In this document: positions 1-10,601 of the stretch, piece after piece
Layout: each line of letters begins with the position of its first letter
Position numbering within the stretch: position 1 is the stretch's first letter
Assembly: GCA_965208325.1 (NCBI GenBank)
Contig: OZ242326.1
Coordinates: 3,296,001-3,360,000 of the forward strand
Direction: 5' to 3'
Source of the DNA: Candidatus Poribacteria bacterium
GTDB taxonomy: Bacteria; Poribacteria; WGA-4E; PCPOR2b
DNA: 64,000 nt
Notes under the pieces: model-generated
Seen by the model: the letters and a program-made list of their open reading frames with translations, nothing else
Databases searched by the model: none
Told to the model about the DNA's origin: nothing
Translations under genes and position numbers: made by a program

Positions 1-1370
1 GTATGATAACTAAACCCGCTGAACATGAATGCGGTGGCACCTTCCGGACTCTGATACGCCTTGAACGCGCGAAGCGTGGACAACGCCAGTTCGGGGAAGA
101 AGTATACGATTGGAATGTTTCCCTCGAAAGTTGGGGGCAGGCATTCAATCTGCGGGCAATATTTAGGGGATTCATTCATGCCGAAAATACCATCTTCCTC
201 CCGGCACCACTCCCCAATCGGCGGTTCTGCTACCGCCCACATGCTGTTTTCAGCGATGTGGTTTAAGCCATTCAGCAGCGAATCCTGCAACCATCCGGGC
301 AATTTCTCCTCTGAATAGAAGACTTGCTGCCAAGCTAGAATGCGTTTTAATAAGGATTCATGATTTTCAGCCAAAACCTGCGCCGCGTCAAGCGCACTGC
401 GGTATCTGGTTGTGTACATATGCGTGTACGTATATCCACCCGCCGTAGGTGTTCCCCCACCTTTCCAACGCGGGCTATACCAACCGAGGACAAACCGTGC
501 AATTTTAGTTTCATGCGGGTCAAGAGAAAAGTCGACCGCCAGGGATGAGCCCGGTTTATATTCCAAGGCTTCAGGAAGCTGAGATTCAATTTTTGCCCAA
601 GCTTCCCCGTTGATACCGAGTTCCCCGCCGTATCGGATTTTTTCGCTTCCTACCACGCCCAAGGCATATCCGATGCCGCGGCTATTTGCCACCGAGATTC
701 CCGAGAAAGTCCCTTCTACGGCTTCACGGGCAAACGTCGTTGCGTCTTCCATCTCCTCATCAGAGGGACCAGGGAAACTGAAGGCGACGGTACCGTTCTG
801 CGGGGTATCTTTCACGTTGCGCAGGTGCACCTCAAAGACCGCACCGGGAAGGAGGGACATATCGACATCTCCCGGAATGAACGGCGCCCAAGCCCTCATT
901 CCAACGCTGACGGGCGTGTCTTGAAGGTCGTATTCCACATCAGCTACCGGATAGTGGCCCCAGTAATGGATTTCACGGAGCGGATCCCGCGGCAGGCTTC
1001 GGAGTTTCGGTTCGCCCGCTTCCCAGTAACATACCCAGTCTTGGGCACATTGCGCTTTGGTCAGCAACCGCGGTTCACCCTCAACGCTGATACCTAGGAA
1101 TGGGCGGTTGACTAGCCGGCGAGGGACATGAGAGTTAAAGAGTGTGCACAGCCCGAAGGTTCCATTGACCTCAAGGTCAATACATCCGGTGTCGATTGCC
1201 CCTAGCGGCATACCCTCGTTAGGCGGGCCCATTTCAATTCCGGATTCGCTGCGAGTGCGCTTCGTAGTAAAAATCATCCCGCTAACGGGCGCGGTAAATC
1301 CTTCTGCTTCAAACCTTATCCACTCCCGTTCAGGGAGATCTGTCGGGAAGAGTTTCTGATAATCATTCAT
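1..1370 (-). CDS. GH116-family (GBA2-like) glycoside hydrolase, 3'-partial (runs off the left edge)
   Basis: Not in the ORF track. Start (ATG at 1370, SD AAGGAG upstream) and left end translated by hand in the same frame: MNDYQKLFPTDLPEREW...GMPLGAIDTGCIDL...YWGHYPVADVEY...RAWAPFIPGD...FGMNESPKYCPQIEC...YFFPELALSTLRAFKAYQ. These motifs are typical of bacterial GH116 proteins. Confidence 0.7.
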   Translation of the reverse strand, partial: MNDYQKLFPTDLPEREWIRFEAEGFTAPVSGMIFTTKRTRSESGIEMGPPNEGMPLGAIDTGCIDLEVNGTFGLCTLFNSHVPRRLVNRPFLGISVEGEPRLLTKAQCAQDWVCYWEAGEPKLRSLPRDPLREIHYWGHYPVADVEYDLQDTPVSVGMRAWAPFIPGDVDMSLLPGAVFEVHLRNVKDTPQNGTVAFSFPGPSDEEMEDATTFAREAVEGTFSGISVANSRGIGYALGVVGSEKIRYGGELGINGEAWAKIESQLPEALEYKPGSSLAVDFSLDPHETKIARFVLGWYSPRWKGGGTPTAGGYTYTHMYTTRYRSALDAAQVLAENHESLLKRILAWQQVFYSEEKLPGWLQDSLLNGLNHIAENSMWAVAEPPIGEWCREEDGIFGMNESPKYCPQIECLPPTFEGNIPIVYFFPELALSTLRAFKAYQSPEGATAFMFSGFSYH

Positions 1371-1670
1371 CAATTTTCTCCTTGCGATTTCATCATCTTC
1401 ACGCACAGCGATGTTTGCCGCGAGATTTTCCCCCCAAATTCATGGTAACTACGAGGATTTTCAAAAGCAATGCTAGACGATTTTGCCATGTAAAATCCTT
1501 GAGTTATTGGCGAATTGATAGTGCAGCCAATTTGAGGGAATTCCTCGCCTAGTGAGCGACGCGAACAGTTCTGTCATATTCAACGTTTTGGCAGGATTGA
1601 AATGAAACGAACCACCGGCGGATGGGCATAGATATGCTACCGCAATGCACAAGAGAGACAGGACAAAGCG

Positions 1671-3050
1671 TTATGCAAGAACTTCTGAAATTATTTTGCC
1701 GTGCACATCGGTTAACCGAAAGTCGCGGCCCCCATAACGGTAGGTGAGTTTTGTGTGGTCAATCCCCATTAAGTGGAGGATGGTGGCGTGGTAATCATGG
1801 ACATGGCACGGCTGCGAGACGATGCCTAAACCATACTCATCTGATTCACCATATGCTACGCCGCCCTTAATACCGGCGCCCGCGAGCAAACAAGTAAACG
1901 CTGTGCCATGGTGGTTGCGGCCAACGCCGTCCGAAAACGGCGTGCGGCCGAACTCGGTACAGATTGCGATGAGCGTTTCATCAAACATACCACGCTGCTT
2001 CAAATCCTTGACCAGCGCTGAGAGCGGCAGATCGACGCGTCGGGCTTTTGGACGATGTTCTTCCATGTTGCCGTGGGCGTCCCAGTTATCATTTGAGCCA
2101 GTGTCAATGAGTTCCACCACGCGTACGCCGTGTTCGACCATCCTTCGAGCCACCAAACACTGCCAAGCGAACGATTTGTTATCGTCTCTTTTTAGTCCGT
2201 ACAGGTTTAGGGTGGCATCGCTCTCCTTTGATACATCGAACATTTGCGGCGCGGCACGCGCCATACCCTTAGCGGTGTTGTCAGCATTCATTCGGGCACG
2301 CAGTTCCAAATCGCCGGGGCGCTGCTGTGCGTGAATTTCGTTGACATCGTGCAGCATGATTCGTTCAAGCTCCGCCAGCTTTAGCGACCTAGCGTTGGAT
2401 TTTAGATTGCGTATCGGTTCGTCTCCCGGAATGACGCGTACACCTTGATGCACCGGCGGCAAGAAATGACTGTCCCACACCTGCGACCCGGAGTAGGGGA
2501 TACGCTCGCACAACACCATGTACGATGGCAGGTCGAGGTTTTCCGTGCCTAGCCCATAACTCAACCATGCGCCGATGCTCGGCATCGGAACTGTTGCGGA
2601 TCCGGTGTGCATGGCAAGCGTCGCTTGAAAATGCTCTACAAGATCGGTGTGCATGCTTCTTATCACGCATAGGTCGTCGACTATGCTCCCAAGGTGAGGG
2701 AACAACTCGCTAATCATAAGCCCAGACTCGCCGTACGGCTGGAATTTGAAAGGCGAGCCCTTTGCCGGTTGCGTGGTGTTTCCCCACGCCGGAATCTCTT
2801 TGCCGTGATCTTGCTGCAGCTTCGGTTTATAGTCGAAAGTGTCGACGTGTGAGAACCCGCCCGTCAGAAACACGAAAATCAGATTCTTAGCCTTCGCCGG
2901 ATGATGGGTCAGCTTGGGCGCCAAAGGATGTCCGTTATGAAACTCTGCGGCGAGACACAGTTTGGTTATAGGGCCAAGCATAGTCGTGGCGCACCCGGTG
3001 AGTGCATAGTTCAGAAAATGCCGTCGATTGATTCGATGCTCTTCTTTCAT
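1671..3050 (-). CDS. DUF1501 domain protein (Tat-exported, sulfatase-like)
   Basis: RRHFL Tat motif, GGFSHVDTFDYKP, WDAH, TEFGRTP, GRNHH and C-terminal RLTDVHG. Start trimmed to MKEEHRINRR. Confidence 0.9.
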   Translation of the reverse strand: MKEEHRINRRHFLNYALTGCATTMLGPITKLCLAAEFHNGHPLAPKLTHHPAKAKNLIFVFLTGGFSHVDTFDYKPKLQQDHGKEIPAWGNTTQPAKGSPFKFQPYGESGLMISELFPHLGSIVDDLCVIRSMHTDLVEHFQATLAMHTGSATVPMPSIGAWLSYGLGTENLDLPSYMVLCERIPYSGSQVWDSHFLPPVHQGVRVIPGDEPIRNLKSNARSLKLAELERIMLHDVNEIHAQQRPGDLELRARMNADNTAKGMARAAPQMFDVSKESDATLNLYGLKRDDNKSFAWQCLVARRMVEHGVRVVELIDTGSNDNWDAHGNMEEHRPKARRVDLPLSALVKDLKQRGMFDETLIAICTEFGRTPFSDGVGRNHHGTAFTCLLAGAGIKGGVAYGESDEYGLGIVSQPCHVHDYHATILHLMGIDHTKLTYRYGGRDFRLTDVHGKIISEVLA

Positions 3051-3075
3051 GGTTGCACCTGCCTGTCTATTGAAG

Positions 3076-5622
3076 TTAGTCAATGTAAAGAAATTCGTTG
3101 GCTGTCAATACGACTCGCGCGTAGCTTGACCACGTCTCCAATTCGCGTTGTTCAGGCGACATGTCGTACGCATTGAGTTCTTGAGACACTTGTGCGATAT
3201 ATTCTGTTGCGCGCTGCTGTTCGTCAATGTATGCTTCACGTCCATAAGCGACCTGGTGCGCGCGGTTGACGCGCTGGGCAGAGTCTATGGACGATTCAAT
3301 TAGTCGGTTCGCGAAAGCCGCCGCCTGTTTTTGCACCCATGGATGATTCCTCAGAAACAGCGACTGTTGCGGGACGGTTGATTGCTTTCGCTTGCCGGTA
3401 GTCGTGTTGGTGTCTGGCGAATCAAATAGACCGAGGAACGGATGCCGCTGAAGCCGCTGCGTCATCAGATAAACGCTGCGATGGTTTGATGGATAAGTCT
3501 TCTTCTTGAATGGGTAATGCTGCGTCCATCTCCACGTGCTAACGGGTGGAAATGGGTGTCCTCCTGGTGGGTTTAACTTCAGAAGCCCGCTGGCTGCCAT
3601 CATTGCGTCCCGAATTGCTTCGGCTTCGAGCCGGCGGCGGTCAAATCGCCAATGATAGGCATTGGCCGGGTCTATTGAGGCATTCTGAGCGTTATAATCG
3701 CTCGCGAGTTGATAGGTTTTCGAGGAGAGAATCAGCCGGTGCATCGCCTTAATCGACCAGCCGCTCTCAACGAACCGCTCTGCAAGATAATCAAGCAATT
3801 TTGGATGCGTTGGCATGGCGCCGCTGCGTCCAAAATTGGACGGCGTTGACACAATTCCCTTTCCAAAGTGGTATTGCCAGATACGATTGACCATGACCCG
3901 CGCAGTCAAAGGGTTCGCCTGGTCGGCCAGCCACTCCGCCAATTGAAGGCGGCCGCTCTGCCCGCCGGGAATGTCAAGAGAAGTGTTGCCGTTGAGGAAT
4001 TTGGGCGTGTTTCGTATGGCTACAGGCCCCGTCTCCTTTGGATTTCCCCCAATTTGAATGGGGACATCTACAGGGGTGCCATCCTGGACAGCATAGGCTT
4101 GAGGTAAATCGCCGGGCAGGTCCGACCGCGCGAGTTGCTGCTTGAGCTCCTTTTTCATTCTGTCAATTTGCCGTTTAACTCTGTCTCGGCGCTCAGTTAG
4201 CATCTTTTTTTGCGATTCGATAGTTGTAATATCCTGCCCCGCCTCCTTCAGTGCAGCAATCTCCTTGTCAACGCTTTCGACAATGAGATTCAATTCATCA
4301 CGTTTTTTCGCCGGCAAACTTTTACCTTCGAGGCGACGCATCTCGTCCTGAATCTGGGAAAGCTGTTTTCGATGCGAATCGACCCTTGGTTGAGCTTGCT
4401 CTGGCAGTAATAGGGGGACGAAATTCATACGCCGTTCGCTTCCGAACCGAAAAAGTTCGGAGCCGGTATAGGGATACTGTGTGCTGGCGAAAATGCCATA
4501 GAGGGCATAGTAGTCTTCCATCGTAACCGGGTCGAACTTGTGGTCGTGACAACGGGCGCACCTGAGCGTCATTCCCATAAACGCGCGCCCTACCGTCTCA
4601 ATGGTGTCTTCAATTATGAGATGGCGCAATTCGTAGGGAGACGTGCCGTAACGGCGGGACAAGGCGACGAACCCCGTGGCGATCACCTGCTCGGCAAAGC
4701 GTTCCGGACTTCCACCCTTAGCGAGGATGTCACCGGCTAGCTGTTCTTGAATAAACTCGTTGTACGGCTTGTCCGCATTAAACGCATCAATGATATAATC
4801 TCGGTATTGATGAATCTCGGGTATGGGATAATCTGCGTTGTCACCTGCCGTATCCGCGTAGCGTACTACATCCATCCAATGCCGCCCCCAGCGTTCGCCA
4901 TATCGGGGGGACGTTAACAGTTTCTCCACAAGCTTCTCAAATGCATCGGGGGATGTATCATTCACAAACGCGGAAACCGCGTCGGGCGAAGGCGGCAAGC
5001 CGATGAGACTGAAGTAGACGCGGCGGATGAGCGTGCGCTTGTCCGCCAGCGGATTGGGAGACAAATCGTGCGCAGCCCACCCGGCACTGATGAATTGATC
5101 TATTGGGTGATTTGACCAAGCGTTTGACGGGACGAGCGGTTCAACCTTTTTCACCGGTTCAAACGACCAGTGGGGTGCGCTCGGATCGGACACTTCCGCA
5201 CCCCAAGTTGACTCCGCTGGCCACAAGGCGCCGCTGCTCACCCAGTTTTCAAAGTCGGCTACAACGTGATTTGGGAGTTGCTCGTCGGGCGGCATGTGAA
5301 CATATGCCGTATCATCATGCCGAATCGCGTCAAGCAACAAACTTGCGTCCGGCTGACCGGGAACAATGGCTGGACCGTGATATCCGCCTTCAATCAAAGC
5401 TTCCCGCGAATCTACGCGGAAACCGTTGTTGACCTCCTCGCCGCCGTGGCAATTGAAACAGGTGTTTAACAACACGGGACGTATTTTCGCCTCAAAAAAA
5501 GCGTGCTGTTCATCTTGAAACTCTTGCTCGGCGCCTGTCGCCGCCGCTAGATTGAGGCAAAATGGTATGGATAAAGCAACTACCATTCCCATTAAAAATA
5601 CGATTCTATTCCGCCTTAGCAT
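3076..5622 (-). CDS. PSD1/DUF1549-DUF1553 protein with planctomycete cytochrome c domain
   Basis: CFNCH and CARCH heme-type motifs, ERWGRHWMDVVRYADT, RVMVNRIWQYHFGKG. Start trimmed to MLRRNR (GGGGAG upstream). Usual partner of DUF1501. Confidence 0.9.
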   Translation of the reverse strand: MLRRNRIVFLMGMVVALSIPFCLNLAAATGAEQEFQDEQHAFFEAKIRPVLLNTCFNCHGGEEVNNGFRVDSREALIEGGYHGPAIVPGQPDASLLLDAIRHDDTAYVHMPPDEQLPNHVVADFENWVSSGALWPAESTWGAEVSDPSAPHWSFEPVKKVEPLVPSNAWSNHPIDQFISAGWAAHDLSPNPLADKRTLIRRVYFSLIGLPPSPDAVSAFVNDTSPDAFEKLVEKLLTSPRYGERWGRHWMDVVRYADTAGDNADYPIPEIHQYRDYIIDAFNADKPYNEFIQEQLAGDILAKGGSPERFAEQVIATGFVALSRRYGTSPYELRHLIIEDTIETVGRAFMGMTLRCARCHDHKFDPVTMEDYYALYGIFASTQYPYTGSELFRFGSERRMNFVPLLLPEQAQPRVDSHRKQLSQIQDEMRRLEGKSLPAKKRDELNLIVESVDKEIAALKEAGQDITTIESQKKMLTERRDRVKRQIDRMKKELKQQLARSDLPGDLPQAYAVQDGTPVDVPIQIGGNPKETGPVAIRNTPKFLNGNTSLDIPGGQSGRLQLAEWLADQANPLTARVMVNRIWQYHFGKGIVSTPSNFGRSGAMPTHPKLLDYLAERFVESGWSIKAMHRLILSSKTYQLASDYNAQNASIDPANAYHWRFDRRRLEAEAIRDAMMAASGLLKLNPPGGHPFPPVSTWRWTQHYPFKKKTYPSNHRSVYLMTQRLQRHPFLGLFDSPDTNTTTGKRKQSTVPQQSLFLRNHPWVQKQAAAFANRLIESSIDSAQRVNRAHQVAYGREAYIDEQQRATEYIAQVSQELNAYDMSPEQRELETWSSYARVVLTANEFLYID

Positions 5623-6047
5623 TTTAAACTCCCCATAGGTTGCTAAATTGTACCTGAAAAATACTAAAATCTCAAGGAAAATCAAGGTACGGCGTTGCTT
5701 GGCGGCAATGAAAATTAAATCGCCGGCGCCTAACAAAACTCATCTTGGAGATTGCGTGAAGCAAATCGAACAATAATCTCACACCGTACGGGAATTTTTG
5801 CCAACAAATCCTAGCTTGAAAATTGACAAATCGGGCTGGTTTATTTCTCGCTAGTTTTTTGGAGAGTGCATTTGCTATAATTTTACTCCTCACGCGGCAG
5901 TGACGATAAATTGTCCAAGATACATTGAAATCTAACGAACCTGTAACCTGCGCCTGCGCGTTAATCCTAATTGTTAAATCATACCGGGAAATTTATCAGG
6001 ATACTCATCAATCCTTTTTCTGGTGACGCAACGGTTCTTAATCTCGG

Positions 6048-6746
6048 ATGAACATGATGAAGAACACCGAAATTGATGTAATATTTCCGGAGGCGCTTTT
6101 TGATTACGAACGCTTTGAGCATAGGCATCTATTTGCGAATGTCCGCTATGTGTGGGAAGCGTTGCTGTTATTGAGGGATTATATTGCGAAATGTATTGCC
6201 CGGCCGCGCCGCCAAATGAATGCAGACATTATGCAAGGCGCAATCGTAGGGCCCGATGTCATATTAGGTGAAGGTGTAGTTATAGAGCCGAATGTATACA
6301 TCAAGGGGCCGGCAATTGTTGGCGACAGGACAGTGGTTCGACATTGCGCATACGTTCGCGAAAATGTCATCATCGGGGAAGATTGCGTTATTGGATATTC
6401 GACCGAAATTAAGCATTCGATTGTAATGAATGGAACACGGGCGGGCCATTGCAACTACATCGGCGATTCAATTATTGGATTTAACTCGAATCTAGGGGCA
6501 GGGGTCAAGTTCGCTAACAGAAAAATTACAGATACAGACGTAATTGCGCGAAATCTTGATGGGGAAAAATTTACAACGGGGCTTCGGAAACTTGGAGCTA
6601 TTACGGGTGACGATACGCAGATAGGTTGTAATTCGGTGCTGAACCCCGGCACGCTGCTTGGGAGGGGGTGTGTAGTGTACCCGGTACTGTCCGTCCAAGG
6701 GACGCATTCTCATCATGAAGTAATCAAGTCTATGTGCGATGTCTAA
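6048..6746 (+). CDS. Left-handed beta-helix acetyltransferase, GlmU C-terminal-like (stand-alone)
   Basis: Hexapeptide repeats, HCNYIGDSIIG, NLGAG, TGLRKLGAITGD; lies directly upstream of glmS. Confidence 0.8.
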   Translation: MNMMKNTEIDVIFPEALFDYERFEHRHLFANVRYVWEALLLLRDYIAKCIARPRRQMNADIMQGAIVGPDVILGEGVVIEPNVYIKGPAIVGDRTVVRHCAYVRENVIIGEDCVIGYSTEIKHSIVMNGTRAGHCNYIGDSIIGFNSNLGAGVKFANRKITDTDVIARNLDGEKFTTGLRKLGAITGDDTQIGCNSVLNPGTLLGRGCVVYPVLSVQGTHSHHEVIKSMCDV

Positions 6747-6791
6747 TGTGGATTAATCAAAGAATAGTAATCGGAATCAGGAGTACCTTTA

Positions 6792-8615
6792 ATGTGCGGG
6801 ATTGTCGGATATATCGGCAACAATTACGCTGATTCTGTATTGTGGACAGGATTGGAAAGACTTCAATACAGAGGATATGATTCAGCCGGAATCGCTGTCA
6901 TCAGCGACGGCGAATTGAACCTCAGGAAAATGGCAGGTAAGCTACACGTTCTAGACGAGAGCCTTCGCCAGAAGCCTATGCACGGCCCCATCGGTATTGG
7001 ACACACACGATGGGCGACACACGGCGAGCCGAATGAACGAAATGCTCACCCGCAAGTGGACGAACAACAGACGATAGCTGTCGTTCATAACGGTATTATC
7101 GAAAACTACCTTCAACTCCGGCAGGAATTGCAAGCACGCGGCCATGTATTCGTGTCGGATACTGATACGGAAGTGCTCGTACATTTATTTGAAGAAAATG
7201 TAAATGGAGACATTTTTGATGCCGTCCGCCGGACGCTTCAACGATTGGATGGAACGTTTGCCGCCGCCTTTATTCACCGGCAGTTTCCAGATTGCATTGT
7301 TGCGGCTCGACGCAATAACCCGCTGATTTTGGGACTAGGAAAAGATGAGAATTTCGTTACTTCGGATTTGCCCGCGCTGCCTACCCGTACACAGCGGGTG
7401 ATTTATCTTGAAGACAATCAGGTTGCTGTTGTAGGTCGAGAGCACATTGAGGTGCGGACGATATCGGGTGAGCGAATTGAACCGCAGATTCATCCTATTC
7501 ATCTGAGCGCCGAAACAATCGATAAAGGGGACTACCCGAACTTCATGCTCAAAGAGATACACGAACAACCTGATGTCTTACGGCGTTTATACAACGCGTA
7601 TGTGACGGATACGATGAGGGTTGATTTCGGGGAGTTTGGATTGGATGACTCATTTCTGGGCAAAGTCAACCGTATTGTAATACAGGCGTGCGGCACATCA
7701 TGGCATGCGGGCTTAATTGGCAAGTATTTGCTGGAGCGGTATACACGGATTCAAACAGAGGTGGACATCTCCTCCGAATTCCGCTATCGAAATCCAATTT
7801 TGGAGGGTGATACGCTGGTCATTTCAATTTCCCAATCCGGAGAAACCGCCGATACGCTGGAGGGGCTGCGCGAAGCACGAAGCAAGTCCATGCCGGTATT
7901 GGCTATCTGCAACATGATTAACAGTACCATAGCTCGGGAAGCAGACGCCGTGATAGACATTCACGCCGGGTTGGAAATTGGTGTGGCTTCAACCAAAGCC
8001 TATACGGCACAGATTGCCGTCCTTGGACTCTTCGCACTGCATATGGGACAGATTAAGGGGTTACTAGAATTTGAAGAAGTTCAACGTTTCCTCGCGGCGC
8101 TTCGAAAAGCCCCCATTCTTATAGAACGATTTATCCAAAAGCAGCAAATACAGGTATGCGCGGAGAAATACAGCGATGCGGGCGTGTACATATTTCTTGG
8201 ACGAAGCTACAACTATCCCAACGCTTTGGAAGGCGCACTCAAGCTGAAGGAAATCTCATATATTCATGCCGAAGGCCATCCCGCGGGCGAGATAAAACAT
8301 GGTCCTATTGCGTTAATCGACGGCAATGTGCCGGTCGTGTGCATTGCCAATAATAGCAGCATCTATTCGAAGGTTGTAAGCGCCATCCAGCAGGTGCGCG
8401 CTCGAGATGGAGTCATCATCGCAATCGCTAGCGAAGGCAACACGGAAATCCATGCACACGCTCAGGAGGTTATCTTTGTTCCGGAGATTGCGGAGGAGCT
8501 CTCACCCTTGCTGGTTGCGGTTCCGCTACAATTGCTCGCCTACCACAGTGCCGTTCATCGTGGGTGCGATGTCGATCAGCCGAGAAACTTGGCTAAGAGT
8601 GTTACCGTTGAGTAG
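6792..8615 (+). CDS. glmS: Glutamine--fructose-6-phosphate aminotransferase
   Basis: MCGIVG N-terminus, GHTRWATHG, SQSGETAD, C-terminal PRNLAKSVTVE. Confidence 0.99.
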   Translation: MCGIVGYIGNNYADSVLWTGLERLQYRGYDSAGIAVISDGELNLRKMAGKLHVLDESLRQKPMHGPIGIGHTRWATHGEPNERNAHPQVDEQQTIAVVHNGIIENYLQLRQELQARGHVFVSDTDTEVLVHLFEENVNGDIFDAVRRTLQRLDGTFAAAFIHRQFPDCIVAARRNNPLILGLGKDENFVTSDLPALPTRTQRVIYLEDNQVAVVGREHIEVRTISGERIEPQIHPIHLSAETIDKGDYPNFMLKEIHEQPDVLRRLYNAYVTDTMRVDFGEFGLDDSFLGKVNRIVIQACGTSWHAGLIGKYLLERYTRIQTEVDISSEFRYRNPILEGDTLVISISQSGETADTLEGLREARSKSMPVLAICNMINSTIAREADAVIDIHAGLEIGVASTKAYTAQIAVLGLFALHMGQIKGLLEFEEVQRFLAALRKAPILIERFIQKQQIQVCAEKYSDAGVYIFLGRSYNYPNALEGALKLKEISYIHAEGHPAGEIKHGPIALIDGNVPVVCIANNSSIYSKVVSAIQQVRARDGVIIAIASEGNTEIHAHAQEVIFVPEIAEELSPLLVAVPLQLLAYHSAVHRGCDVDQPRNLAKSVTVE

Positions 8616-8649
8616 GCAGTCGTCTTTACCAAGACAAATCAATTTAGCG

Positions 8650-8686
8650 AAGGGAGCGGCACCGCGAGGTGTCTCTCCCTTTTTTT
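8650..8686 (+). terminator. Intrinsic terminator after glmS
   Basis: AAGGGAG-CGG-CACC-gcga-GGTG-TCT-CTCCCTT hairpin followed by a T-run. Confidence 0.85.
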
Positions 8687-9014
8687 GTGGTAAAAATTAG
8701 GATGGAATAGCAGCGGAAAATGGCTGATTTCTGGGTGAATCAATGTCGATGGTTACCTTTCACTGAAATGCGCCGGTCCGCTTGTGGTGCGGGTTCGTTG
8801 AAATCGCGGGGTAACCAAAAGGTAACCAAGAAAAAAGTTGTGTAGGTCTTTTGAGGGGCTGTGATGCTAAAATATTAGCATTCACTATTTAGAGGCGATT
8901 TTCAAGAAGATCGGGCGGCGGATCGCCGCGTCAAGGGGAAACCGGATGCGCAAGATCAGGGAAAGATAGTGCCAAAGGGGTCGTTTAGCACGGGTGATGT
9001 GTGGGATAGAGAGA

Positions 9015-9578
9015 CTAGCTCAGAGGATTTGCGGAAGCGGGTAGCGGAAAGAGGGTGGTAGATTCTGTGGGTTGGTTAGAGCGGAGTTGGTTTAACGCTG
9101 GGAAAATTAAGAATGTGAAATTCACGTGTGATATAGTCAAATCAGGAAAAGTAAGAGTAAATTTAGCGTTACGACAGTCGAAGGTAAATTTTCCTTTCTC
9201 CAGTAAATTTAGGCCGATTAGGCAATTGATTCCATTTAGCGATGTAAAGACATCACGCTCGCCATCTAAAACCTGAACTTTAGTGAGTCCACAATTGTAG
9301 GTTGGTTGCGAATCGGTAATTATCAGCTTGATATTAACAAGATATTGAGTGCAACCTACCAATTCGCCGCTACCTACGTAGGTTTTCGTCTCAGTATTCA
9401 GTAAGGGAGTTAAATTCAAGCGTTCTGAAATTGTTTTGCTGATTGTCGTTACATCTGCTCCCGTATCTATCCAAGCCGGCGTCTTGATAGGTGTGCCGAA
9501 TTCTTCGGTAGGTTTGCTTATTTCAATGTCAATAATGGGCCTTCTAGTGTAATCGCATCTGAACTCAAATTCAGGCAT
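9015..9578 (-). CDS. Retropepsin-like (clan AA) aspartic protease
   Basis: AWIDTGADVTTI catalytic motif and CLIGLNLL motif. ATG at 9578 overlaps the upstream gene's end (ATGCCTGA). Confidence 0.8.
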   Translation of the reverse strand: MPEFEFRCDYTRRPIIDIEISKPTEEFGTPIKTPAWIDTGADVTTISKTISERLNLTPLLNTETKTYVGSGELVGCTQYLVNIKLIITDSQPTYNCGLTKVQVLDGERDVFTSLNGINCLIGLNLLEKGKFTFDCRNAKFTLTFPDLTISHVNFTFLIFPALNQLRSNQPTESTTLFPLPASANPLS

Positions 9579-9891
9579 AGTAGATTCTGGGTTCACTTCT
9601 AATTTCTTGGATAAAAAGCGGAATATACCCGAATCGCTTATATCCAGCCTCAGCACCTGTGGCTAAATCCTCATATACATCGACGACTTCTTCGTCCTTA
9701 ATTAAAACAAACTTGCCTTCTCCATACTTTTTTATCAGATGCTCTTTATTGGCTTCAAAAAACGCCAATTCCGTAAGAAATGTACCTTCCTTCGTTAGAT
9801 AAGGAAAAACATAATACTCGTGCATTCTCAAAGGGTCATCTTCTGGAGGCACATGTTCGTTTTCACGCACTTTAATTCTCGCCATCGTCAT
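9571..9891 (-). CDS. Small DUF5678-like protein
   Basis: C-terminal FEANKEHLIKKYGEGKFVLIKDEEVV...GYKRFG..P.FI pattern; GGAGG RBS. This family is usually paired with aspartic proteases. Confidence 0.6.
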   Translation of the reverse strand: MTMARIKVRENEHVPPEDDPLRMHEYYVFPYLTKEGTFLTELAFFEANKEHLIKKYGEGKFVLIKDEEVVDVYEDLATGAEAGYKRFGYIPLFIQEIRSEPRIYYA

Positions 9892-10366
9892 TTGCCTCCA
9901 TTTTCTTTCGATAGTAATCCCGAATTAATTCATCTTTGATGACAGAATCCCCTTTTCTGTTTGCAATATCCCAAGGAGTACCTGACAAATGAGTAAGGCT
10001 CGATAGGTCTATTGCATCATGACCTTTATACTCGTCCCATACCGCATCTAAGAATTGCTCAATATCGGCGAATCCTTCTCTTTTGGATGGCTCTTTTTGA
10101 GTAGTATGCAAGGAAGCAGGTTCTTGTGCATACGTTTGAATAGGATTATGCCCGTAGTGTTTGAACTCATGATATAGCGTAGGAATGACAGGTCCGTATT
10201 TCCACGCTTCAACTCTATCTTCAAATAGAGGTTTATCTGTATACGCTAAATGCCAGCCGTGTGCAATATAAACCAATTTCAGAAGTTTCATTGGAGTTAG
10301 GGGGTCTTTGTCAGCTTTTCCCTTATCAATGAAGTGATTGGCAATTGCCTTTACAGAATACATCAT
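9872..10366 (-). CDS. Panacea (DUF4065/SocA-like) antitoxin-domain protein
   Basis: AIANHFI, LTPMKLLKLVYIAHG, EAWKYGPV, LSSLTH..GTPW motifs. Confidence 0.9.
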   Translation of the reverse strand: MMYSVKAIANHFIDKGKADKDPLTPMKLLKLVYIAHGWHLAYTDKPLFEDRVEAWKYGPVIPTLYHEFKHYGHNPIQTYAQEPASLHTTQKEPSKREGFADIEQFLDAVWDEYKGHDAIDLSSLTHLSGTPWDIANRKGDSVIKDELIRDYYRKKMEANDDGEN

Positions 10367-10601
10367 GGATTCCTTTCGTGTTGTCGGTGTACATTGACTA
10401 TAAAGAGGCGCTATGACTTATCGCAACGCCTTTCGCTTGCGAATATACCATCGAGTACGCCGTAATGTCAAGGAAATGTCAAGTAAAACGAACACAGCAC
10501 TTGCAGTCTTTGCATTACCAAAACCGGGCAAAATCACCAAAATTGTTCCAAAAAAATCCAATGTAAGTTCATGGTGGCAACAAAAATCAAGGGGTCTACT
10601 A

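Noticed and set aside
5890..6791. glmS ribozyme
   Set aside because: I could not find the conserved ribozyme core upstream of either gene.
8616..8700. Tn7/CAST insertion at attTn7
   Set aside because: No TGT-initiated end ~25 bp after the glmS stop, the terminator is intact, there are no tnsABCD/tniQ genes, and Cas3 is present.
8750..8830. GGTAACC direct repeats resembling integrase arm sites
   Set aside because: No integrase or matching att core is visible; insufficient support.
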